Below, piece by piece: positions 61,315 through 61,420 of a stretch of 61,420 nucleotides of DNA. Location: NCBI RefSeq assembly GCF_016433145.1, contig NC_058133.1:514874065-514935484 (forward strand), given 5' to 3'. The translations under genes were made by a program, and so were the position numbers. Positions within the stretch are counted from its first letter, which is position 1. Each line of letters starts with the position of its first letter. The notes beneath the pieces are model-generated. The model saw only the letters and a program-made list of their open reading frames with translations. It searched no databases and had not been told where the DNA came from. Origin of the DNA: Gracilinanus agilis. Its lineage: Eukaryota.

Positions 61315-61420
61315 GATCAAAAACAGAGAAAGAAAACTATAGACCAATCTCCCTAATGAACATAGATGCAAAAATCTTAAATAGAATACTAGCAAAGAGA
61401 CTCCAGCAAGTAATTAAGAA
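61315..61420 (+). mobile_element. Young 5'-truncated LINE-1 (ORF2 RT start) inserted in a MIR; runs off the window
   Basis: Open frame [33 protein letters not shown], the canonical L1 RT motif. The preceding ~61140-61310 is MIR-like. Confidence 0.9.

Overview
AT-rich mammalian genomic DNA, almost certainly marsupial. The SINE1_Mdo/MAR1-like SINEs and marsupial-type L1 suggest the opossum Monodelphis or a relative (inference). The window is a tandem cluster of bitter taste receptor (TAS2R) genes, all on the minus strand. Four have intact single-exon ORFs (4283-5218, 21827-22765, 40565-41500, 50885-51853) and four are pseudogenes (~6561-7462, ~38320-39221, ~47686-48071, ~59549-60507). A ninth unit is visible only through its flanks on both sides of an N-gap (32384-32668). 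The rest is mostly L1, L2, CR1/L3, CORE-SINEs, a solo LTR, hAT MITEs and microsatellites, with two assembly gaps. The most notable non-coding signal is a fixed-spacing ~60-bp module upstream of all nine units (+ strand ATGTAAAT-N15-TTTCAYTG-N20/21-CTAATTTG), ~260-320 bp upstream of the ATG in most units. It carries a POU octamer-like site, a candidate POU2F3/Skn-1a element, and has a fourth box ~92 bp nearer the gene. Six of eight loci also have a polypyrimidine-YAG splice-acceptor-like signature exactly 2 nt before the ancestral start codon, suggesting a cryptic 5'-UTR intron in a family usually described as intronless. Repeat family names and most repeat boundaries are by eye and approximate; no database search was possible.
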